A stretch of 64,000 nt of DNA, from NCBI GenBank assembly GCA_963847625.1, contig CAWKAR010000003.1, positions 64,001 through 128,000 of the forward strand, written 5' to 3'. This document shows positions 1 to 10,244 of this stretch, in pieces. The DNA comes from a candidate division FCPU426 bacterium. GTDB lineage: Bacteria > Oederibacteriota > Muellerivitia > Muellerivitales > Muellerivitaceae. Every line of letters begins with the position of its first letter. The first letter of the stretch is position 1. A program made the position numbers and the translations under genes. The notes below the pieces were generated by a model that was not told the DNA's origin, searched no databases, and worked only from the letters and a program-made list of their open reading frames with translations.

Positions 1-117
1 AATGAAATCGAAAAGAGCGGGGCGGGCTCAAGCCGCGTCAAACAAATGTCGGATGAAATAAAAAAGCTGAAAGCGGAGTTCATGTCGATCCGGAAAAAAG
101 GAAAGCCCAAAGAATAA
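1..117 (+). CDS. 3' end of an unknown protein (partial, enters from left edge)
   Basis: Frame 1 is open from base 1 (NEIEKSGAG...KKGKPKE) to TAA at 115-117. Confidence 0.5.
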   Translation, partial: NEIEKSGAGSSRVKQMSDEIKKLKAEFMSIRKKGKPKE

Positions 118-193
118 CGCTTTAAAACCCGCGGTGGCTCGGTAAACACTCTTCTGAATTTACGATCAGTCCTGAAGCTCCCCAACCCCAGCC

Positions 194-639
194 TCAATCG
201 CCTATGAACCGGTCCTTGAATTCAGGGGCCGGGACCATACACCGGTCGCTTTTCCCGAAAAGACGGTATCGATTCCGGGCCATGCGATCATAAGCCAAGT
301 CCCGGATGGGCGCGGGAACCAGCCTCAAGGCGCGCGATAAGCCGAACCACCCCCCCAACCCTTCCAGGGCCCCCAGAATGGCATCGGACTTCAGGCGAGC
401 CCGGTTGTCCTGGATCAGGACGAAGAGCCCACCTCCTCTAGTTTCAAGCCGTATTCCAACAGCGTTTCTTTCGCCTTCCCGGATTGAAGCGGCGTGAACA
501 TGAATTTCCGGCCGGTGTCCCAACGCATAATGGCCCCGGCGATCCTGCCGCACATATTGCATACCCCGTCGAACATCAACAACGCTTGGCCGCTTTCCTT
601 CCCTGGCATCCCCATGAGAACCTCCATTTCAATATTCAA
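194..639 (-). pseudogene. DCC1-like thiol-disulfide oxidoreductase, split by a 1-bp frameshift near 425
   Basis: ORF 415-639 has FDGVCNMC; ORF 194-562 carries the C-terminal half (YDRMARNRYRLFGK). Together they align to the intact paralog at 52900-53328. Confidence 0.8.
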
Positions 640-896
640 CTTAAGGAAAGGACGCCTTAAATATCAAGCCGGCACGTGATTTATCCCTGTTATCGGCGGT
701 AAATTGGCAGTCATTCCTATTGGGCCCTATATTAAAAAACCTACCGTTACAACAACCCCACGTGAAAGCAATAAACGTCTAAACCATGTCGCACCAATTC
801 ATCCTCCTAGGGATTATGCGTGAAATTTCCTGGAAAGCCGGGGCTTGTAAACCTGATTGCCAACTTATCAGCCGTGACTTGGGCCGTTAGAGGCGA

Positions 897-1451
897 ATGG
901 TGAAAAATTACTTCTTATTATTGTTATTGTTCCTGGCACTGTTGGTATCCGTTATGGCCTGCGATGTTCCCCCTCCCGTCAAACCTGTGAACAACCCGCC
1001 CGCGGGGATGGGTGGAAGACCGAATCCCACTCCGACACCTATTTGCTCAATGATACCCGTTAACCTGCCAGTGGGTATTTATGGCCTGACCGACGCCGGT
1101 GTCAACGTTATACACAATTTGGCGGAATGGAATAACTTTATCAATAACACTTCGGGATATATCGCATATATGACCCCTACGCCCACGGCCACCATAGGCG
1201 TGGCTCCGGTTGATTTTAACTCTCAAATGTTAGTGATAGGGGCTGTAATACAGCCATGCAATACCCAGACCTTAATCATCAATAACGTTTGCGAGAGTCC
1301 CAATCTGGTGACCATTTCCGTGACATCTTCAACCTGCTTATCCTGCATCGAATGCGCATTGGCTCCTGAAAATTCACTTGTTACTTCCGCCGTGGCGGCG
1401 CCCCTTTCCAACCAGCCCGTGTCGATTGTTTGCACCTATAACAATTATTGA
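897..1451 (+). CDS. Lipoprotein with PrcB-C-like domain
   Basis: Hydrophobic signal with VMAC lipobox, Pro/Thr linker; VDFNSQMLV segment resembles PrcB C-terminal domains. Confidence 0.55.
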   Translation: MVKNYFLLLLLFLALLVSVMACDVPPPVKPVNNPPAGMGGRPNPTPTPICSMIPVNLPVGIYGLTDAGVNVIHNLAEWNNFINNTSGYIAYMTPTPTATIGVAPVDFNSQMLVIGAVIQPCNTQTLIINNVCESPNLVTISVTSSTCLSCIECALAPENSLVTSAVAAPLSNQPVSIVCTYNNY

Positions 1452-1603
1452 CGCGGCCAAGACCGGTACCACCCATCTGAAAACCAATTCACTGGCATTT
1501 GGCTTATGAGTGGCTTTTTCCGAGGGAATAGACGATGGTTACTGCGATTGGTTATTTAACCTTTTTCGGCCGGCTTCTAAAAAAGACGTTCCTGACATGT
1601 CTA

Positions 1604-2644
1604 TCAAGCCAAGCCGGGCTGGAGCCGCTCCCCCAAAACCGAGTAGGGGATATGGACCCCGGATTTGCCCTTAATGCGCACGGGAGCAAGTTCCTCCAGC
1701 CGGAAAGTGTCGCCGGCGATGAGGGCCAGGTCCTGGTTGATGAGGATCTGCCCATCCTCGGCGATGGAGCAAAGGCGCGAGGCGAAGTTGACGCTGTCCC
1801 CGATGACCGTGAATTCCATACGCCGGGCCGAGCCAAGGTTGCCGAGCACCACGTTTCCCCCGACCAGACCCATCCCCAGCCCCGTTTCGACCGTTTCGCT
1901 GTAGATATTCTTGAAGGTGGCCTCGATCCGGTGGAACTGGTCCTGCATCTGGAGAGCCGCCAATAGGACTTTTTTCACGTCGGGCAGGGGGGTCTCCTCC
2001 GGGAAAGGAAAAAAGGCCATGATGGAGTCCCCCATGAACTTGTTGATTTCACCGCCCGAAAAGCTGATGACTTCCTCGAACTCCGTGAACATGCGGTTCA
2101 GGTACCGGACCGTTTCCTGCGGTTTAAGTTTCTCGGACAAGGACGTGAAACCCCGCACATCGGAAAACATGACGATGGCCCGGGTGAGCTCCCCTTCCCA
2201 GACGGCTTTTCCCCCCTTCTCCGTGGCAAAGATGGAAGCCTTGGTCCCCACGAACTTGTCCAGGATGTGGCGGGTTTCATGGAGCTTTTTTTCGCTCTCG
2301 CTGAAGATCTGGTATCCCATATCCATCAATTCCCTTTTCTTGGCCTGAACCGACGAGGGAAGGATATGGCGCACGATCTTGTAGTCGCTGGGCAGAATAT
2401 GGCACCTCAGGAGGAAGTTTTGGAGTTCCATTAAAAGTCCCGACTGGGCCTTCCACCAGAGGAAGCGCCAGGAAATCGTAAGCAACAGCACCGCCGCGGC
2501 GCTGGCTGCCAGGACCGCCTCCCAAGGGGCGCCAAAATACCGGCAGACCCACCCGGTCGCCAAACCGGTCAGAACGGCCCAATAGAAGGCAAACGATTTT
2601 CCGATCTGGAAAAAAGATTTTTGGTTTTCAGTTTCGTTGGCCAT
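1604..2644 (-). CDS. Membrane-bound class III adenylate cyclase
   Basis: Two N-terminal TM helices; MFSDVRGFT, INKFMGD and FTVIGDSVNFASRL motifs (K and T adenine-specifying residues). Confidence 0.9.
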   Translation of the reverse strand: MANETENQKSFFQIGKSFAFYWAVLTGLATGWVCRYFGAPWEAVLAASAAAVLLLTISWRFLWWKAQSGLLMELQNFLLRCHILPSDYKIVRHILPSSVQAKKRELMDMGYQIFSESEKKLHETRHILDKFVGTKASIFATEKGGKAVWEGELTRAIVMFSDVRGFTSLSEKLKPQETVRYLNRMFTEFEEVISFSGGEINKFMGDSIMAFFPFPEETPLPDVKKVLLAALQMQDQFHRIEATFKNIYSETVETGLGMGLVGGNVVLGNLGSARRMEFTVIGDSVNFASRLCSIAEDGQILINQDLALIAGDTFRLEELAPVRIKGKSGVHIPYSVLGERLQPGLA

Positions 2645-2751
2645 GGGCTCGATGCCGTTTAAGAAGGGATAGTAAAACCCGGATAAGGAAAAATTCTCTT
2701 GGAAACATCATACCTTCGGGAAAATGGAGGCTCAATCATTTGGTGAGCCGG

Positions 2752-3441
2752 TTATCGAGGATGGCTCCGGATATATTGAAATAAGGCCTCGGCAGACTCC
2801 TCCACGCTCAGGTGGGAATGGTCCATCACGATGGATTCTGGCGTCTTGCGGAGCCCGCCCACGGGCCGGTGGTAATCCCGCTCGTCCCGGGCCTTTACAT
2901 TCTCCAGGACCTGTCCCAGGGTGGTTTGCACGCCCGCCCTCTGGAGGTCCCGGAAACGGCGTTGGGCCCGGGTCTCCACGGAAGCGTCGAGGAAAAACTT
3001 GTATTGCGCGTCCGGAAAAACATCGGTGGCGATATCCCGGCCCTCCAGGACGGCCCCTCCGAAGGGCGCGCTGTCAGAGCGGCCCATCTGCTGCTGCCGG
3101 GCCACCAGGATTTTCCTCACCGGCACCGAGTTGGCGATAAAACGGGAAGCCTCGGTCACTTCCGGGGTCCGAATTTCCCGGCTGACCTCCTCCCCGTTCA
3201 GGAAGACGTGGTTCTCGGGCTCACCCGGTTTCAGTTCGATGCGGCAACCCAGCGCGATTTTTTCCAGGACCCCATCGTTTTTCAAATCGGCTTTTTGCCG
3301 CAGCGCAGCCAGGGTGACACAGCGGTACATGGCGCCCGTGTCGATGTGGAGGAAACCCAATTTACGGGCCAGAGCCTTGGCGACGGTGCTTTTCCCCGCG
3401 CCCGCCGGCCCGTCGATGGCCACGATGACAACTTGACTCAA
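2752..3441 (-). CDS. cmk: Cytidylate kinase
   Basis: IDGPAGAGKST, DTGAMYR and EGRDIAT motifs; follows aroA. Confidence 0.95.
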   Translation of the reverse strand: MSQVVIVAIDGPAGAGKSTVAKALARKLGFLHIDTGAMYRCVTLAALRQKADLKNDGVLEKIALGCRIELKPGEPENHVFLNGEEVSREIRTPEVTEASRFIANSVPVRKILVARQQQMGRSDSAPFGGAVLEGRDIATDVFPDAQYKFFLDASVETRAQRRFRDLQRAGVQTTLGQVLENVKARDERDYHRPVGGLRKTPESIVMDHSHLSVEESAEALFQYIRSHPR

Positions 3442-3469
3442 GTTCGTTCCTTATCCTGTCGGCGAAAGC

Positions 3470-4764
3470 TCAAACAACCGAGAGTTTTTTGAGACACTGT
3501 TCGAAGCAAGGGAAGGAGGTGTCGATATTCTCCGTGTCCAGGATGGTGGTGGGCCCCCGGGCGATCAGGCCCGCCACCGCCAGGGCCATGGCCACCCGGT
3601 GGTCCCCGCCGGAGGAAAAGGAGGCTCCCCTCAGGGGCGTTGGACCCTGGATGATCCAGCCGTCGTCCTTGGGCTCGATGTTCGCGCCCATTTTCCTCAG
3701 GGTGATGGACATCATGAGGATTCGGTCCGACTCCTTGACCTTGAGATCCTCGGCGTTTCGCACCAGGGTCTTGCCCGGGCCTGGGTGGCGGCCACCGCCA
3801 ATACGGGAAACTCATCGATCATGCGGGGGACGACCGTTCCCTCCACTTGGACCGCCTTCAGCCCGGAAGGCCGGACGAACAGGTCCGCCACGGGTTCCAT
3901 CCCCTTTCTCACGGCTTTCCGACGCACCTGGATTTTAGCGCCCATCCTGGCTAAAACTTCAAGGTAACCCGTCCGGGTGGGGTTCACTCCGACGTTGCGC
4001 AACAGCACCCCCGGGCCCGGCGCCAACAACGCGGCCGTGATAAAAAAAGCCGCCGAGGAAATATCCCCCGGCACGCGGATTTCCCGTCCCGGGAAAGGCG
4101 CCGCGGGCCCCGTGACCGTGATGGATGTCCCCTTCCGGCGGAACGGGATGGAAAAAGCGCTGAACATTCTTTCGGTATGGTCCCGGGTCGCAACCGGCTC
4201 AATCACCGTGGTGGAACCTTCGGCGAAAAGGCCCGCCAGCAAAAGGGCGCTTTTCACTTGGGCGCTGGCCACCGGCAGGCGGTAGGTGATGCCATGAAGC
4301 CTCCGGGTCTTCAGTTCCAAGGGCAGGAAGTTGGCCTCCTCCGGCCCGGAAATGCGGGCTCCCATTTTCAAGAGGGGTTCCACCACGCGTTTCATGGGCC
4401 GCCGGCGGAGGGATTCGTCCCCGGTAATCCTGCTGGTGAAGGGCTGTCCAGCCAGAAGCCCCAGCAGGATGCGCGCCGTCGTCCCGGAATTACCCGCGTC
4501 GAGGATTTTCTGGGTTGGCCGGAGGGAATTCAGCCCCTTTCCCTGGATGGTAACCTGGTCCCCCGACCGCTTGATCCTCACGCCCATGCTTTGGAAAATC
4601 CTCAATGTGGCCAGGCAGTCCTCGGACGACAAGAAATGCCGGACATGGGTGGTGCCGGTCGCCAGGGAACCCAGGATGATCGAACGGTGGGATACGGATT
4701 TGTCGCCGGGAATTTCCAAGGCCCCCCGGAAGGCCTTCACGGGTTGGACGACGAGCTTTTTCAC
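3470..4764 (-). CDS. aroA: EPSP synthase; apparent 1-bp frameshift near 3777
   Basis: PGDKSVSHR, GNSGTT, ASAQVKS and PGDISSA in one frame; KESDRI and DHRVAM in another. GTG start at 4764 overlaps the tyrA stop. Confidence 0.9.
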
Positions 4765-5603
4765 AGGGCCTCCCGGCGGCTTCGGGTTTTCTCGAAATAC
4801 TTCCTCCATTGGCCCGGCTTGCGAGTCTTCAGGGCTTTCTCCAGTATTTTCAGCCGGGAACAGTATTGGCCCAAAAAGGCGCTGACGGCATCCTTGTTCA
4901 AAGCCAGGATGTCCGCCCACATGGCCGGGTGTCCCGCGGCGATGCGGGTTAAGTCCCTGAATCCGCTGCCCACGCCCTTTCGGTATCGCGGGTCCCGGAT
5001 GGCGTGGTCCTCGTAAAGGTTTATGAGCGCGGAGGCCAGGAGATGGGGGAGATGGCTGGTCAAGGCCACGTAACGGTCGTGTTGGGAAGCGTTCATGACC
5101 ACCGGAATCCCGCCGACCCCCTTCCAGAAGGAAACGGCTTTGCGAAGCAGTGCGGCCGGCGTGCCTTTCAGTGGCGTGATGAATACCACTTTCCCCTGGT
5201 AAAGCCCGGGTCCGGCCCATTGGAGGCCCGATTTTTCCTTTCCCGCCATTGGGTGGCAGGGGACGAATAGTTTGGCCGCGCCCTTCATCCGGCCGGCGCT
5301 CGCGGCGATTTGTCCCTTGACGCTGGAAACGTCCATCGCCAGGGAGGGCGGATGGGGATGCTTCAGGAGGGCCGGCAGGGCCTCCAGCACGGCCTTCGAG
5401 TGAGAGCACAATACCGCCACATCCGCGTTTTCGACCGCTTCCTCGAAACTTTTGGCGACCGGAAGCAGGCGCAGGGTTTTGCGCCGCGATACGGCCCGGT
5501 GGTTCCAACCCACCAGCCGCAGGCCCTTTTTTTTCCTCAGGTCGTAGGCCAGGGATCCACCCAGCAACCCCACTCCGATGATCGCGATTTTTCTTTTTTT
5601 CAT
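4761..5603 (-). CDS. tyrA: Prephenate/arogenate dehydrogenase
   Basis: Rossmann GVGLLGGS, DVSSVK, HPMAGKE, SHLPH, GFRDLTRIA. Confidence 0.92.
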   Translation of the reverse strand: MKKRKIAIIGVGLLGGSLAYDLRKKKGLRLVGWNHRAVSRRKTLRLLPVAKSFEEAVENADVAVLCSHSKAVLEALPALLKHPHPPSLAMDVSSVKGQIAASAGRMKGAAKLFVPCHPMAGKEKSGLQWAGPGLYQGKVVFITPLKGTPAALLRKAVSFWKGVGGIPVVMNASQHDRYVALTSHLPHLLASALINLYEDHAIRDPRYRKGVGSGFRDLTRIAAGHPAMWADILALNKDAVSAFLGQYCSRLKILEKALKTRKPGQWRKYFEKTRSRREAL

Positions 5604-5604
5604 C

Positions 5605-6687
5605 TCATTCCTCCACGAGGCTTGCAAAGGTTTTAAGGAAGTTTTCGGTTTCTTCCTCGGTTCCCGTGGTGACCCTTATGGCGCCCGGCCCCATGGGGCG
5701 CACGATGATGCCCTTGCGGAGCAGTTTCTCATAAATTTCCTCCGCGCGGGGAACCTCGAAATAAACGAAATTGGACTGGCTGGGGGCGGGGTGGTAACCC
5801 ATGTTATTCAAGCCTTCCGTCAGCTTGCGGCGCATGGACCGGTTCAAATCCACGACCTTCCTCATGTGGGGCAGGTCGGTCAGGGCCGCCTCGGCGGCCG
5901 CCATCGCCAGGTGGTTGATGTTGAAGGGTTGGCGGATCTTCTGGAAAACCTCCACCAGATCGGGATGGGCCACCCCATAGCCGATCCTCAACCCCGCCAA
6001 ACCGAAAACCTTGGAAAAAGTCCTCAACACCACCAGGTTGGGAAAAGCCTCCTGGAGCTTGAGCGAGCCGGATATATCGGCGCCTTCCTGGTACTCATGG
6101 TAGGCCTCGTCCAGGATCACCAGCACCCGCGGAGGGCATTTCCCCAGGAAGGACGTGATTTCCGCGGGGGAAACGGCGGTTCCGGTGGGGTTGTTGGGGT
6201 TGCAAATAAAAACAACGCAGGTCTTGGCGGTAAGGGCCCTCCCGAAAGCCGGCAGATCATGGGTCAGCGAGGTCAAGGGGATGACCCGATGGACCGCCCC
6301 CATCATCTGCGTCACCAGGGGATAAACAACGAAACTTTTATCCGCGTAAACCGCTTCGCCGCCCGGCTCTAGCGTTATCTGCCCGAGAAGCACGATCAAC
6401 TCGTTGGACCCGTTGCCCAGCATCAGACGGTTGGGATCCACCCCGAGGTAGGAAGAAAGCTTCCGGGTCAACTTGTGGGCCGAGCCATCCGGGTAGCGGT
6501 GGATGGCGGATTGGGCTTGTCCTAGGGCTTTGAATACAGCAGGCGATGGCCCCAGGGGGTTCTCGTTGGAGGCGATCTTAGAGGCGTTCCTCACCCCCAG
6601 TTCCCTTTCCAGCTCCTCAATGGGCTTCCCCGGGACGTAAGGCTTTATGCTGGAAAGATTGGGCCGGATCGGCACTTGGAAAAGCAT
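5605..6687 (-). CDS. hisC: Histidinol-phosphate/aromatic aminotransferase
   Basis: SNENPLGPS, GNGSNE, CNPNNPTG, DEAY and RTFSKVFGLAGLRIGY (PLP lysine). Confidence 0.93.
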   Translation of the reverse strand: MLFQVPIRPNLSSIKPYVPGKPIEELERELGVRNASKIASNENPLGPSPAVFKALGQAQSAIHRYPDGSAHKLTRKLSSYLGVDPNRLMLGNGSNELIVLLGQITLEPGGEAVYADKSFVVYPLVTQMMGAVHRVIPLTSLTHDLPAFGRALTAKTCVVFICNPNNPTGTAVSPAEITSFLGKCPPRVLVILDEAYHEYQEGADISGSLKLQEAFPNLVVLRTFSKVFGLAGLRIGYGVAHPDLVEVFQKIRQPFNINHLAMAAAEAALTDLPHMRKVVDLNRSMRRKLTEGLNNMGYHPAPSQSNFVYFEVPRAEEIYEKLLRKGIIVRPMGPGAIRVTTGTEEETENFLKTFASLVEE

Positions 6688-6691
6688 GGCC

Positions 6692-7774
6692 CTAGGACCC
6701 GCTGCGGGGATAGGAACCCAACACCTTCACGATCAAGGCGGATTTTTCCACATCCGAAACGGCCTTTTGTGCCTTGGGATCATCCATGTGGCCGAGGAAA
6801 TCGATGAAGAAATAATAGTCCCAGGCTTTCTTGCGGGAAGGCCTGGACTCGATGTTGGATAAGTTCAACCCCTGCTTCTCGAAGGGGTAAAGCAAAGCGA
6901 AGAGGGCCCCGACCTTGTCCTTGATGGAAACCATGAGGGAGGTCTTGTCGTCCCCGGTTTTTCCCGCGCTGGTCTTGCCGATGACCAGGAAACGCGTGTA
7001 ATTGTCCTGCATATCCTCGATCCTTTTGGCAATGGGTTTCAGCTTGTAGAGGCGGGCCGCCAGGCCCGGCGCGATGGCCGCAGCCGAGGGATCCTCCGAG
7101 GCGGTCTGGGCCGCCTTGGCGGTGGAGGCGCTCTCCACGACCGGGATATTGGAGAGGTTTGTCTCCAGCCAAAGCCGGCATTGTCCAAGGGACTGGGGAT
7201 GACTGTAGACTTTCTTGATTTTCCGAACATCCCCGGATTGCGACATCAAGGTATAGGTGATGGGCAGGTAAATCTCGGAGCAGATCTTCAGGTCCGATTC
7301 CATGAACAAGTCCAGGGTGTGGTTGATGGTCCCCTCGGTGGAGTTCTCGATGGGGACAACCCCGAAATGGGCGCGGTCCCTCTCGACTTCCAGAAAGACA
7401 TCCTTCAAGGTGGGCCCGGCGGTATAATCGCAGGAGTTTCCGAACTTTTGCAGTGCGGCGATGTGGGTGTTGGTGCCCACCTGCCCGAAATAGCTAACCT
7501 TGAGTTTCTGCTCCAGAGCGAGGGAGCCGGACATGACCTCCCGGAAAACAGCTTCTAGGGCTTCGGCCGGCAAGGGACCCTTGTTCCAGGAGGCGATATT
7601 GCGGTAAACCTCTTGTTCCCGGTGGGGCGCGTAATACTGCAGTTTGCCTTTGGCCTTGATCTCCCGGATTTTCAGCACGTTTTTAGCGCGTTCATTCAAA
7701 AGCCGGACTAGCTTGGTATCAATCCTGTCGATGGAATTCCGGAGATTTTTAAGGTTATGTTCACTTTTTTTCAT
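6692..7774 (-). CDS. pheA: Chorismate mutase/prephenate dehydratase with ACT domain
   Basis: N-terminal LRNSIDRID mutase; PIENSTEG, NYTRF, IESRP. Confidence 0.95.
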   Translation of the reverse strand: MKKSEHNLKNLRNSIDRIDTKLVRLLNERAKNVLKIREIKAKGKLQYYAPHREQEVYRNIASWNKGPLPAEALEAVFREVMSGSLALEQKLKVSYFGQVGTNTHIAALQKFGNSCDYTAGPTLKDVFLEVERDRAHFGVVPIENSTEGTINHTLDLFMESDLKICSEIYLPITYTLMSQSGDVRKIKKVYSHPQSLGQCRLWLETNLSNIPVVESASTAKAAQTASEDPSAAAIAPGLAARLYKLKPIAKRIEDMQDNYTRFLVIGKTSAGKTGDDKTSLMVSIKDKVGALFALLYPFEKQGLNLSNIESRPSRKKAWDYYFFIDFLGHMDDPKAQKAVSDVEKSALIVKVLGSYPRSGS

Positions 7775-7962
7775 GTTGGTACCTTTTTTAGCTTTTGAAC
7801 TCCCATGATTCCACGGGAAAAACCAAAGAATAAGGCATCCCGGATAATAACCATTTCTTCTATCGGCGGTTAAAAAGCTTAAATTCCGAATTTTCCAGAA
7901 ATTAAATCAACCCCAAAGGGTTTTAAAATTATATTATATTTTGAAACGGTCAAGGAAAGATT

Positions 7963-8802
7963 ATGAACCCACGCCTTTATTTAAAAAATCCAATGCCAGG
8001 AATCTTAGGCCTCTGCCTGATCTGCTTTTTATCCGGCTTTTGGCTGACTTGCCAGCAAGGCGCCCAGAGGGTGGATGAGGAGACCCGGTTGGCCCTCTCG
8101 CATTTGGCTTATGCCCTCCAGATGAAGGATGACCTGGCCGTCATTGATTTCTCTCATAATCTGGAAAAGATGGATAGTGTCATCGCTTTTCAGGCCCTCC
8201 AGGATTCGAAAACCGTTTGCGCGGGAGGAAACCGCGGTGCTCTTCTAAACCAAGCCGCCCCCGGAGTTCATTTTATTTTTCCGTCCCAATGGGTTTGCTC
8301 GCAAATTACGGGTGAAAGCCAAGCCCATCCATTGACATTGATCCTTGTCCTCCAGATGAATCCAGGGCCGTTTTTGGGTGGATTGGTGGGTTTGCTCGGC
8401 TGCCTCTTCACAGGCCTCCTGGTTTGGGTTGTCATTTCCAAGAAAACCCTCTCCCCGGAGGCCCCCCGGGAAACTCCCCCGATAAAAGGGAATCCCGGGA
8501 GCGTGGAAATCTCCCGGACGCCGGTGGATCTTTCCGCTTTCACCGGCAAGCCCTTCTTATTGCTGGATGAAAATTATGTGGTCATACAGGTATCGCCCCA
8601 AGCCCTTCCCTTACTTCGAAAAACTGAAGCCGAATTGGTGCAGACCCACCTGATTGACCTCGGGCCAAGCCCCTCATTAACGGAAGCCATTCAAAAAGGG
8701 GATACCCATGTGGTTTTAAGCGCCTTCTTATCACAAACCGACCTGAATGCGACTCCCTATCACATTCCGAAGGGAAGGGTTTTGGTTTTGGAAAAAACTT
8801 AG
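7963..8802 (+). CDS. Hypothetical two-TM membrane protein with C-terminal PAS-like segment
   Basis: 279-aa ORF with SD; two hydrophobic helices flank an external domain; PFLLLDENYVVIQVS resembles a PAS start. Confidence 0.55.
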   Translation: MNPRLYLKNPMPGILGLCLICFLSGFWLTCQQGAQRVDEETRLALSHLAYALQMKDDLAVIDFSHNLEKMDSVIAFQALQDSKTVCAGGNRGALLNQAAPGVHFIFPSQWVCSQITGESQAHPLTLILVLQMNPGPFLGGLVGLLGCLFTGLLVWVVISKKTLSPEAPRETPPIKGNPGSVEISRTPVDLSAFTGKPFLLLDENYVVIQVSPQALPLLRKTEAELVQTHLIDLGPSPSLTEAIQKGDTHVVLSAFLSQTDLNATPYHIPKGRVLVLEKT

Positions 8803-8831
8803 CCAACAAAACCCAAAAATCGTTGATTTTG

Positions 8832-8860
8832 TTGACTTTTATGGTTGAAAACCATAAACT
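8832..8860 (+). promoter_or_regulatory. Sigma70-like promoter with overlapping palindromic operator
   Basis: TTGACT(8832)-17 bp-TAAACT(8855); inverted repeat TTTATGGTT-gaa-AACCATAAA at 8838-8858. Confidence 0.55.
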
Positions 8861-8908
8861 GCCAATAAAATTGCAGCTTTTTAAACAATATCGACAAGGG
8901 ACGCCCGA

Positions 8909-10237
8909 TTGCCCGAAACCTTAAAAAGCCTATCCATTTTCTCCGCCATTCTGTTGTTGTTGTTGGTAATTTCATCCGGGTGTAATGTCAATATTCCCGG
9001 TTGTGGAAAGCGTTCTCTACCCTTCTTCAAGTCAATCTCGGCAAAATTGCCCCCTGTTCCGACAATTTCAGTTTTGAATCCTTCAGTACCCACTCCGATG
9101 GTTCCTATGGGTCAAACTCCCAACGCCGTTTCTGCAGTTCCGACAAAAACAGCCAAAAATGTATCCCAAGAAGTCCCCAAGGAATTCTCAACGGAAATGT
9201 CCGTTTCCCAACCCACCGCCACAGCCACCCCCACGGCCACCCCGACACCCATACCGGTGGATGTCGAGAAAATCGCTTACACCTACATGGAACAGGGAAA
9301 GCCTTCCCTTTGGACGATGAACCCTGACGGGACCAGCCGGACCCGGATCACCAAGGTCGGCGCCAGTTGCTATTTCCCCCTTTGGTCCCCCAATGGTAAA
9401 TCACTGGCGTTTCTTTCCGATATGGTGGACGGAAAATTAAACCTCTTTTTGATCAACAAGGGGAGCACCGAATTCAAACCGCTGACTTCTTTCCCCGATA
9501 TGACCTTGATCGGAAATCAATTGAAACCGCCCCTATCCTGGTCACCCCGAAGCGATGAGATCTCGTTTATTTACCGGAAACAGGTCTGGAAAATACAAAC
9601 CGATGGGGCCGGCTTGGTTAGTTTATTTACACCCGATCCCAATTTCAGCATTTCCGCCTTGGAATGGGCTCCCCACCGGGACACAAAATATGTGGCTTTC
9701 CTTCTCCAGCAAGGTGTCAATTATTTCAGTTTGATGCTTGTAAATCCAAGGCTCCTGGACAATCTGGATTTGGCGGATCTCCGGAATGCAGTCGAAGATA
9801 TCTCCTGGTCTCCCGACGCAAGGAATGTGGCTTACCTGGTCAAGAGGATCGCCAACGATTCGGTCTTTACCGCCTCCCCTGAATCATCCCAACCTAAGTC
9901 TGTAATCCAGTGGCCCAAAGACACCTTGGCTCCCTTGATTTCCTATTGTCCCATCGAGTCCGCCGCCCCGACCCTGATGACCCTGGCCAAGAAATCGGAG
10001 GATGATACGGGTTACCGGGTGGCGATTGTAGACAAGGCCGCCAAGGATGAGACGGACACGGGATCCCTGAAATTCTTGACCGACCCGGGGGTGGATAACG
10101 CAATTTGGTCCCCGGACGGCTCCAAAATCGCCTATGGGAAAGACGGGGAGCTTTGGATCATGGATGCTTTAACCGGCAACAACAAAACTCGGATCGCGGC
10201 CACCGGAATTATGAGCCCTTGTTGGTCCAAAAAGTGA
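8909..10237 (+). CDS. TolB-like (PD40) beta-propeller lipoprotein
   Basis: ISSGC lipobox, Thr/Pro linker, repeated WSPxG motifs. Confidence 0.8.
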   Translation: MPETLKSLSIFSAILLLLLVISSGCNVNIPGCGKRSLPFFKSISAKLPPVPTISVLNPSVPTPMVPMGQTPNAVSAVPTKTAKNVSQEVPKEFSTEMSVSQPTATATPTATPTPIPVDVEKIAYTYMEQGKPSLWTMNPDGTSRTRITKVGASCYFPLWSPNGKSLAFLSDMVDGKLNLFLINKGSTEFKPLTSFPDMTLIGNQLKPPLSWSPRSDEISFIYRKQVWKIQTDGAGLVSLFTPDPNFSISALEWAPHRDTKYVAFLLQQGVNYFSLMLVNPRLLDNLDLADLRNAVEDISWSPDARNVAYLVKRIANDSVFTASPESSQPKSVIQWPKDTLAPLISYCPIESAAPTLMTLAKKSEDDTGYRVAIVDKAAKDETDTGSLKFLTDPGVDNAIWSPDGSKIAYGKDGELWIMDALTGNNKTRIAATGIMSPCWSKK

Positions 10238-10244
10238 GCGTGAA

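Noticed and set aside
3760..3790. Programmed frameshift in aroA
   Set aside because: No slippery heptamer or obvious stimulator; a homopolymer indel is simpler.
3712..5508. 598-aa ORF as a TyrA-AroA fusion
   Set aside because: The N-terminal part is an off-frame reading of tyrA; aroA starts at GTG 4764.
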